DNA of 63,928 nt, counting the filler, from Octopus bimaculoides (Eukaryota): assembly GCF_001194135.2 (NCBI RefSeq). It is 4 parts of 4 records of this genome, joined end to end, with 100 filler letters (N's around TTAATTAATTAA, not from the genome) between each part and the next. Parts side by side here need not be neighbours in the genome. Positions count along the whole stretch, not along the records: positions 37,140 to 62,744 come from NC_069004.1; positions 62,845 to 63,928 come from NW_026381970.1; 2 more parts are not named here. One strand, written 5' to 3'. Of the stretch, positions 54,661 through 63,928 are shown in pieces; the first letter of the stretch is position 1; each line of letters begins with the position of its first letter. The translations under genes were made by a program, and so were the position numbers. The notes under the pieces were generated by a model. The model had not been told where the DNA came from. It did no database searches and saw only the letters and a program-made list of their open reading frames with translations.

Positions 54661-54943
54661 ACAGTTCTATATTTAAGAGATGAGGAATTATGTACATTAT
54701 TTACATTTGACAGATATTTGTCCTCATCTTGTTTGTTGTTAACACAACGTTTCGGCTGATATACCCTCCAGCCTTCATGAGATGTCTTGGGGAAATTTCA
54801 AACCTGGGGGCATATGGCGTAGTGGTTAAGAGCGCGGGCTACTAACCCCAAGATTCCGAGTTCAATTCCAAGCAGTGACCTGAATAATAATAATAATAAT
54901 AATAATAACATCAAAAAATACCTTAGGAATGAGAATCCAGGTT
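54661..54943. mobile_element. tRNA-headed non-autonomous retroelement with a Penelope-like tail and degenerate hammerhead motif; two halves in opposite orientation
   Basis: Pol III A box TGGCGTAGTGG (54815-54825) and B box (54859-54869) on +. On -, ctcatga-aggctg...cagcc-gaaacgtt (54741-54786). Halves share ccaggtt/aacctgg. Confidence 0.65.
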
Positions 54944-55076
54944 TTTAAGCTGCTGAAAAAAAACTCCTCCAGGAGCTGAATTTCACAACAACCTTGAACA
55001 TGTGCTTATTTATTTCTTAAAAATTTCAAGACATGTTTTGTTCCTTACCCATAGAACTCTTTTACAGTTGCTACTT

Positions 55077-55110
<34 letters not shown>

Positions 55111-55328
55111 GATGCCTCTTCAGGTTGGCTTCCTCATCCATCTATCTCTTGTTATCATCATTTCTGCTGCTTCCTTTTTCGATTGGTTAACTTAGAGAAA
55201 TGTTAACTGATCAGACCTTTACAGCTTGGCACACTTCTCTCTAATGTCAAAACTGGAAATGACATTTGCATCTGTCCTTACTTACCACCTGCTGCGTAAT
55301 CATCTGTTTGTTTCTGCAACATGAAACA

Positions 55329-55369
<41 letters not shown>

Positions 55370-55405
55370 TTCAGTTATTATTATTATTATTATTATTATT
55401 ATCAT

Positions 55406-55755
55406 TCAGAAGTTTTATTTTTATAACGTGCTTTCACTTCACTACCGAGCGCAGCTCTGTGCGCCTTGGGTATGTGCTGTGGTTTGCTGTGGTGTTCTTA
55501 TGGTTACTGTATTGAAAGTGTTTTGCGTAGGATGTGTGCAGTGCCCAGTAGTGCAATTTTCTGTATGTTATATATATTTGTAAGTCCTGGTGTTTTTGTT
55601 ATGTATTTGTCTGAATATTTTTTTATTATACCTAATGCACCTACTATGATAGGAATTGTTTCTGTTTTTAGATTCCACATTCGAGTTACCTCTATTTCCA
55701 GGTCTTTGTATTTTGAAAGTTTTTCCATTTCTTTTAGGGAAACGTTGTCATCTGC
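55406..55755 (-). mobile_element. 5'-truncated R4/Dong LINE (RLE endonuclease C-terminus plus 3' UTR) inserted in a (TAA)n array
   Basis: ORF ADDNVSLKEMEKLSKYKDLEIEVTRMWNLKTETIPIIVGALGIIKK...IQKIALLGTAHILRKTL*. (TAT)n arrays on both flanks (55376-55405 and 55756-55810). Confidence 0.9.
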
Positions 55756-55810
<55 letters not shown>

Positions 55811-56531
55811 CAGGTGGTGAGCTAGCAGAACCGTTAGCACACCGGGTGAAATGCATAGCGGCATTCCATCCGTCTTTACGTTCTGAGTTCAAATTCCTCT
55901 GAGGTCCACTTTGCCTTTAATCCTTTTGGGATCAGTAAATTAAGTACCAGTCATACACTAGGGTCAATGTAATCAACTAGTACCCTGCCCCAAATTTCGG
56001 GCCTTGTGCCTATAGCAGAAAGAATTATTATTATGAAGGCGGTGAGCTGGCAGAATCGTTAGCATGCCAAGTGAAATGCATAGCAGCATTTCATCCATCT
56101 TTATGTTCTGGAAACTTCCATTGATCTGTCTAACCCATGCCAACATGAAAACTGGACATAAAATGATGGTGATATGGTTATGACCACACACACACATGTA
56201 TAATTTAAAATTTGAGATGCATCGTCAACACTAAAGCACCCTTCATACATACAAGTATGCATATACATACAGGTATGCATATACATATAGGTATGCATAA
56301 AGTGGCAAGTTGGCAGAAACGTTAGCACGACGGGCAAAATGCTTAGCGGTATTTCGTCTGTCTTTACGTTCTGAGTTCAAATCCTGCCGAGGTCGACTTT
56401 GCCTTTCATCCTTTCGGGGTCGATAAATTAAGTACCAGTTACGCACTGGAGTCGATGCAATCAACTTAATCCGTTTGTCTGTCCTTGTTTGTCCCCTCTA
56501 TGTTTAGCCCCTTGTGGGCAATAAAGAATTA
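55811..56531 (+). mobile_element. Cluster of family B SINEs
   Basis: Copies at about 55811-56032, 56036-56110 (partial) and 56300-56531. The last has an 11-bp TSD aggtatgcata (56289-56299, 56532-56542). Confidence 0.85.
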
Positions 56532-57170
56532 AGGTATGCATATAGGTGTACACGTATAGTTGTATTCTAACATAATGAATAAGATAATTCATCAAAACAT
56601 TTTGTGGACATTATGTGTCTATTCAAAAAATGGCTCATGCAATCACCCATGCATGCACATTCAAGCTGCAATTTGCTAAGTGTAAATATTGTTTAAAAGC
56701 AAACATTTTCATCACTTGTGTTTGACAATTCTAATTAATGCAATCAGTTTTACAATTCTAATTAACGCAATCACTTTAACAATAGTAATGGTTCTTCTAC
56801 CTTTTGTTTTTCTTGAGAAATTCATAATTTTATGTAAAGAAACAAAAATGTTCACACAACATATATACAATTGTAAAATATGGGCTGAATAAATTACAGA
56901 CTGTGTTGCATGAAGAATATTGACTGATGATGATGATGATGATGGAACTAGCGAGATGATTGAGATGATGATTATATTGATGAAAACTAGGGAGATGGTT
57001 ATGATGACAATGATGATGGTTGTGATGATGATGATAGTGGAGACGAGGAGCTCATTGTGATATTACTCATGATGGTGATGGTAAGGATGGTGATAATGGG
57101 AGTGATGGTTGTGATGATGATGATGATGGCAATGACGTTAGTTTTTTGTAGAATTGGTAATGAAGACAAT

Positions 57171-57207
<37 letters not shown>

Positions 57208-57589
57208 TATTTCTTAATTAACCAATTCACAAGTACCAACACTACTTGTGGACTAAAACAAAACAGCCCCTCTCCCCACTGCCATTTCTGCTAAACCCTC
57301 TTCCTCCCCTTTTTCCCCATCCCGAAAAAATGGTAAACAGACAAAAATCTGTAGTTCTCCAACAAACATTATTGTTTTGATTTTCATAATGAAAACCCAG
57401 AGTGTTAAATACATTCTTCACACCTTTCTGCCATATAAACTCACTGCTTCAAACACCTTTCCTAGAAAACATCAATATTTCAGTAAAATTGACTGTTTTG
57501 TCTGGATATTTATTACCCTGGGACATCAAGTTTGTGTGTGTTTATATGCACACACAGGTTTAGCTGGGTGGTTAAGAAGCACACTTTGC

Positions 57590-58006
57590 TACAGTGAAGC
57601 CTTGCATTTGATGGCTGTGTGGTAAAAAAATTGGCTTCCCAACTACATGGTTTTAAGTTCAGCCCCACTGTGTGGCACCTTGAGTAGGTGTCTTCTACTA
57701 TAGCCCTCAACTGACAAAAGCCTTATGAGTGAATTTGGTTGATGGAAACTGAAAGGCGGCGAGCTGGCAGAAACGTTACTCCGCCGGGCGAAATGCTTAG
57801 TAGTATTTCGTTTGCAGCTATGTTCTGAGTTCAAATTCTGCCGAGGTCGACTTTGCCTTTCATCCTTTCAGAGTCGATAAATTAAGTACCAGTTACGCAC
57901 TGGGGGTCGATGTAATCGACTTAGTCCCTTTGTCTGTCCTTGTCTGTCCCCTCTATGTTTAGCCCCTTGTGGGCAATAAAGAAATAGGAAACTGAAAGAT
58001 ACCCAT

Positions 58007-58010
<4 letters not shown>
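57590..58010 (+). mobile_element. SINE family A carrying a nested family B SINE (about 57756-57986)
   Basis: 12-bp direct repeat ggaaactgaaag at 57744-57755 and 57987-57998 flanks the family B copy. Confidence 0.9.
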
Positions 58011-58061
<51 letters not shown>

Positions 58062-58827
58062 TGTTTGAAGGTGCAAAATTGCATTGATTCTTTGGCTAAT
58101 AACTGATGAAGATTTGGTCACCTTCTGTGTCTGTTTTCCGTTTGTTTCTGCATTTATTATATTTTTTAACTTATCATTTAATGTAATGTCACATACTGTC
58201 TTTTATTTTGTTTACAATAATCTCATCTCATCTAGGTTGTCCCATAGGGGTTTCGGTCACACATGCTATAAGAGTCACAGGGTGCTGCACCATTTGGTCC
58301 CGCAATTTCCATCTAACCAGGAATATTTGGGTCTCATCCATTGTCTTGTATTCAAGATCCTCAGCATGACATCCTGCTAGTTCAAAGCCAGGAATCTGAT
58401 CTGTTAGGTCTGTTAGATCTGTTAGGCTACACCAGGCTCCAATCTGATTTGGCAGAGTTTCTACAGCTGGATGCCCTTCCTTGTCACCGGCACGAAGGCC
58501 AGTCAGGCATTATTAATGTATATTAAATTATACATTGATATATATACAAGATTTACACAGATATAATAGTAAGAACCTGTGATCTGCCCACAGACCTTTT
58601 TCTTAGGAAATTTTTGCCCACCGCACTAAAAAGTTTCCCCCACCCCTGCTATAGCAGAAGACATTTGTCCAAGGTGCTCATGCAGTGGGACTGAACCTGA
58701 AACCATGTGGTTAAGAAACAAGCTTTCTAACCACACAGCCATTCTTAGTATCAGATACATGACCAAAGCTATTCCAGACATGACAATCTCATTTTTTTTG
58801 TCATCCAGTCATGATATATCTTCTATC

Positions 58828-59198
58828 TTTTACCTGTTTCGGTCATTAGACTGCGGCCATACTGGGGCACTGCCATGAAGAATCTTAATCAAACGAATTA
58901 ACCCCAGTACCTATTTTCTTTTTGCAGCCTGGTACTTTATTCTATCAGTCTCTTTTGCTGAACTGCTAAGTTACCAGCACACCAACACTGATTGTCAGGC
59001 AGTGGTGGTGGTAGGGTGGGGGGACAAATACACACACACACAATGGGCTTCTTTTAGTTTCTATCTACAAAAGCCATGCACAAAGCTTTGGTCGGCCTGA
59101 GGCTACAGTAGAAAACGCTTGCCCAAGGTTCCACGCAGTGGGACTGAACCCAGGATCGTATGGTTGGTCAGCAAACTGCTTACCACACAACCATGCCA
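58828..59198 (-). mobile_element. SINE family A, full length
   Basis: Reverse complement of family A. Further minus-strand pieces at about 58650-58741, 60414-60595 and 51905-51977. Confidence 0.85.
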
Positions 59199-60405
59199 TT
59201 AGCAAATATGTCCTTCCATTTTTTCAGATTATAGAGCATGATTTGAAGAAGATTTCTTATTTTTAGCAGGTTGTGTAACCACATAAGGATTTCTTTGTTG
59301 ACTCTTATGATGATGGTTGTGTTGTTGGTGGTGATGGCAGTTGAGGTGACGATGGTGGTGTTGGTGGTGGTGGTGGTGGTGGTAGTTTATAGCTGCTTCG
59401 GTGTGTAGTAGTAGCATTGGTGTCAATGTCAGTAGTGGTGGTGGTGCCAGCGTGTGTGAGAATTTTTACCAAATTTAGCTGAGCATGAAAGAGTCAAATG
59501 TCGTAAGGTGATTAATCTTGAGTCTTTTCATGGTTTTTAAAGTTCTTTTTTTACTTCTCTCTCGCCATCTCTTCCTCCTCTCCCTCCCTCTTTCTCCTCC
59601 TCCCCCTCCCTCTTTCTTCTCTTCTCCCTCNNNNNNNNNNNNNNNNNNNNNNNNNNNNNNNNNNNNNNNNNNNNNNNNNNNNNNNNNNNNNNNNNNNNNN
59701 NNNNNNNNNNNNNNNNNNNNNNNNNNNNNNNNNNNNNNNNNNNNNNNNNNNNNNNNNNNNNNNNNNNNNNNNNNNNNNNNNNNNNNNNNNNNNNNNNNNN
59801 NNNNNNNNNNNNNNNNNNNNNNNNNNNNNNNNNNNNNNNNNNNNNNNNNNNNNNNNNNNNNNNNNNNNNNNNNNNNNNNNNNNNNNNNNNNNNNNNNNNN
59901 NNNNNNNNNNNNNNNNNNNNNNNNNNNNNNNNNNNNNNNNNNNNNNNNNNNNNNNNNNNNNNNNNNNNNNNNNNNNNNNNNNNNNNNNNNNNNNNNNNNN
60001 NNNNNNNNNNNNNNNNNNNNNNNNNNNNNNNNNNNNNNNNNNNNNNNNNNNNNNNNNNNNNNNNNNNNNNNNNNNNNNNNNNNNNNNNNNNNNNNNNNNN
60101 NNNNNNNNNNNNNNNNNNNNNNNNNNNNNNNNNNNNNNNNNNNNNNNNNNNNNNNNNNNNNNNNNNNNNNNNNNNNNNNNNNNNNNNNNNNNNNNNNNNN
60201 NNNNNNNNNNNNNNNNNNNNNNNNNNNNNNNNNNNNNNNNNNNNNNNNNNNNNNNNNNNNNNNNNNNNNNNNNNNNNNNNNNNNNNNNNNNNNNNNNNNN
60301 NNNNNNNNNNNNNNNNNNNNNNNNNNNNNNNNNNNNNNNNNNNNNNNNNNNNNNNNNNNNNNNNNNNNNNNNNNNNNNNNNNNNNNNNNNNNNNNNNNNN
60401 NNNNN

Positions 60406-60436
<31 letters not shown>

Positions 60437-61049
60437 GGGCTTCATTCAGTTTCCATCTACCAAATGCACTCACAAGGCTTTGGTCAGGCCAAGGCTATAG
60501 TAGAAGGCACTTGCTCAAGGTGCCATGCAGAGGGACTGAACCCAGAACCATGTCGTTGGGCAGCAAGGTTCTTACAACACAGCCATGCCAGTGCCTACAT
60601 ATATGTATTCATGCCCACATGTACATATAAATATAAACATGGATTCAGACACACAAACACACACCTGGAAAAAACAAAACAGAAGTTGAACTTTGAACAA
60701 ATATATATATATATATTCCAAACAATGGAATAAATATTTGTATATATGCAGATGGGTGAGAACAGTTGCCTAAAGAAGTGCCAATCACTTCAAGTGGAGA
60801 GAAGTTGTGGCAGAGGGAGACCCTGGAAGAGAAGAATGAAATATTGAAGTATTAATGACCTGTAGGGACACTGTATTTTGTTATGCAACCACAATATACT
60901 ATAATGTGTATCAAATTTTATTATAAGTCAGTACTGTGTTCTATTGTGTTAGCAGTGCTACGAAATCACTTGATGATAGAGATGACTTAGCTATGTGGTG
61001 CATTGCTGTACTCTTGAAGACCTTGCTACCACAACAGAATTGAGATCCT

Positions 61050-61290
61050 AAAACCAAGGTGCTGTGTAAAACCATTGGTGTGGGTGCTGGTGCCACGTGA
61101 AAAGCACTGGTGATGGTGTCGCATGAAACTCATCCAGAAAGTGGTTGGTGTTAGGAAGGGTATCCAGCTGTAGAGATCAAGCCAAAACAGACTATGGAAC
61201 CTGGTGTGACCCCAGGCCTTAGCAGTTCGTCTCATTCTGTTCAACCCATGCCAGCATGGAAAACGGATGTTAGATGATGATGATGATACA
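61050..61290 (+). mobile_element. Family D SINE or RTE-type 3' tail ending in (GAT)n
   Basis: gtggttggtgttaggaagggtatccagctgtag...aacccatgccagcatggaaaacggatgttagatgatgat. Minus-strand relatives at about 27822-28010, 36985-37039, 39865-40050, 40225-40450, 43313-43365 and 58400-58490. Confidence 0.75.
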
Positions 61291-62498
61291 TTTGAAAGTC
61301 TACAGTTACAGGAGATGAGTAGTGAACTATTGGTCTTGTTTAGTGTCTGACATGTACTCCTAGTTCAGACCGAATGAGCCATTCTGCTTCCTAGAAGAAG
61401 GACATGTTTACTGATATATTCTTTCTACAAGAAGATGTACATATATATTTCAATTGACTTTGCTTTTCTTGCTAATGGTTTCGATAAGAAACGACATAAA
61501 ACCTGGAATGAAATTTCTGATAAATGGAAAAATGATTTTCAAACCAATTCTTGTCATATTCCATCACAGCTCACCTGAGAACCAAAATATCTCAAAGAAT
61601 TATTTTCACCATACACTTTGTAAAGTTCTTAAGTAACATTTCACTACACTTTGTTCAGTTCTAACACTACAGAAAATGGTTAAACATTCAATATTTCTCT
61701 CTAATGCACTTTCATGGCAAATTATTTCCAATCTGTTGCTGCGTGACGTCTTTTGGTAAACGAAAAGAAAATGTTTTGTTTTTTTTTTATTTCTACTGTC
61801 GGCAAATCAAAATATTTCAGTATTTTTGTTCAAGTTAAATCTCCCTCTCTTTCTCTCTCTCTCTCTCTCTCTCTACTCTTTTCTCTCTCTCAAATCAATA
61901 TTAGCCCTCATTCTATTATTATTCTCTCTCATTTCATATATATACACACACACATACACATCCATATCTGTCTCTGTCTGTCTCTCTCTCTCTTTCTCCT
62001 TCTCTCTCTCTCTCTTAGCTTTTGAAGCACTTATAATTCTCTCTCAATACCCAATACTTTGACAAACTGTCACATTTCTTCACTGATTCCTCTTCTCTCT
62101 CCCCCCCCCCTCCCACAACCTGACATAAAGTCTGCTGTTATTACCAGAATAATTTATCATATTTGTTGTGATATACAACTTCACACCTTTGGCAGTAAGA
62201 TGACCTCTACATATAAATAAATAATAATAGTCTTTTAAGGTTACCATTTTTATTGGAACAACTTTATTCTCTTTTATTCTTTTACTGGTTTCAGTCATTA
62301 GATTGTAGCTATTCTGGGACACTGGCTTCAATAATTTCTAGCCCATTACTTCATCTGGCACACATTTTGTCAATCTCTGAAGGCGCCTGAACGTAAAATC
62401 AACCAGGGAGGCAACTTGTCGGAAACATAATGTCACAAAGTGTTTCCTTTCGAAGCATCAATTTTACCATCTTTTGACAATACACAGAACCACATAGA

Positions 62499-62714
62499 TG
62501 AGGGGGTGATGAAGAGTTTCTGGTTTTAAGGGTATTGCAAAAGTCCTGGCTGGAAGCCTAACCTTCCATGTTCCTTTACAGGGCTTAGAAAGGCCTGAAG
62601 GACCACTGCAATAGGTATGAATCTGAGAGGGGAATATGTTGAATAAAATCATAATTAATTGATCCTCCTGTATTTTCTTTTACCCAAAGTCAGGAACTTT
62701 TTAACACCCCCTTG
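62499..62714 (+). mobile_element. Mariner-derived MITE
   Basis: Left tgagggggtgatgaagagtttctggtttt and right aaagtcaggaacttttaacacccccttg|TA form degenerate TIRs. Internal gaggggaatatgttgaataa resembles the mariner transposase GEYVE* end. Confidence 0.75.
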
Positions 62715-62994
62715 TACATAGACACACACACACACACACACACANNNNNNNNNNNNNNNNNNNNNNNNNNNNNNNNNNNNNNNNNNNNTTAATTAATTAA
62801 NNNNNNNNNNNNNNNNNNNNNNNNNNNNNNNNNNNNNNNNNNNNTGAGCATTGTTGTCGGAGAAGTCAGCATTGTCCAATAAAGAAGAGGAAGATTCTAT
62901 GAGTTATGTTGCCATGGTTTGAGAATATGTCCGGCCAATGCTTCCGGATGACCTGTTTATAACCACATCGGCTGCAATGATGACTTGTTCTTCT

Positions 62995-63365
62995 TTCAAC
63001 GTCTATAAATTTTCGCTATCGACAACATTGCGTGTTCTGCCCTGAGGAGCATACCCAAAAGGAGTGTTTTTATTCCCCACATGGGAGCAGGTCACATAAA
63101 GTTGCCCATGTGAAAAGCACGGCTCCCTCAAATGGATGCCCGCCATCGATAGCGTTTGGCCTTGGGATTTGTTGATGGACATGGCGAAGCATGGCCTCAC
63201 CGGAAACTTCGATCTGCGGACGTTAAACGGCATATCTGACCCCAAGGGATAAAACTGCATCCTTGAAATGAAAACATTTTCCCCCTCCTGCACCCAGTCA
63301 ATAAAGTATGGCGTCAGGAACTTGACTACCAAGTAGGTCCCGTTGCACTGTTTAGGCGGATAAAT
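62995..63365 (-). mobile_element. Helitron PIF1 helicase C-terminal fragment (pseudogenised)
   Basis: ORF 63003-63332 contains FPVRPCFAMSINKSQGQTL and PCFSHGQLYV. An upstream frameshifted QCNGTYL corresponds to the LCNGTRL motif. Confidence 0.92.
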
Positions 63366-63928
63366 CGTGTACTCTATCTCATTTAAGTTTTATTGAATGA
63401 TTGTGTAAAATTTTCTTAAGATATATTGTAAATCTACACACACACACACACACACACACTTGGTGTTATTGTTGTTGTGATACTTGTACTCTTTGTCCCA
63501 TTTGAGTTGTTGCTTTGAGTGAAAACGTGCCGTTTGAGGTGTTCCACTCATTGGATGGTAGGTATTTTGAGGGGGGGGGGATTAAAGCAGTGGTAACATT
63601 ATATCATCGAAGATTTTATGGCAGGAGATAAGTTTCCGCGAGGGCTATCCTTTGTTTTAAGTCAGAGTTGCCAATGATCTTATCAGCTGTTAAGGTACTG
63701 CGTTCGGTAAATTCCGTAAAAAAATTCTATTTGTTTTTTTTTTAACTGGAAATGTACATGTACAATGTGTGTTATAGCGTAACACCCTCTCTCTCTCTCT
63801 CTCTCTCTCACATAGTAACACACACTTACTCTCTCTCTCTCTCTTTCCGACAACACACACTCTCTCTCTCTCAGTCAATCACTCACACACTGACTCACTC
63901 AAAAAAGATGCGAGGAAAAGTATATTTT

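Noticed and set aside
26043-62800. TTAATTAATTAA palindromes
   Set aside because: Each is centred in an identical 100-nt N gap; an assembly spacer, not biology.

Overview
Repeat-rich, gap-rich, AT-rich eukaryotic genomic DNA. The SINE families, microsatellite load and HGD sequence suggest an octopus, probably Octopus sp.; this is recalled from repeat content, not database-verified. The only host gene I can support is the 3' end of homogentisate 1,2-dioxygenase (HGD) on the + strand, as three GT-AG exons. They are out of order: the exon encoding NCMSEFMGLIKGAYEAK (36819-36871) lies about 10 kb downstream of the two exons that should follow it (26228-26356 and 27452-27580, with stop and AATAAA). 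The rest is transposon debris and simple repeats: two Helitron remnants, mariner and Tigger remnants, hAT and piggyBac-like MITEs, R4/Dong LINE 3' ends and at least four SINE families, several with clear target-site duplications. Almost all ORFs in the supplied track are microsatellite or N artefacts. Best leads: a tRNA-headed element with a Penelope-type minimal hammerhead ribozyme and an internal inversion (54661-54943); the scrambled HGD exon order plus an extra intron; and a 160-bp near-perfect hairpin (17622-17781). TTAATTAATTAA spacers inside 100-bp N gaps are assembly joins. SINE boundaries are approximate.
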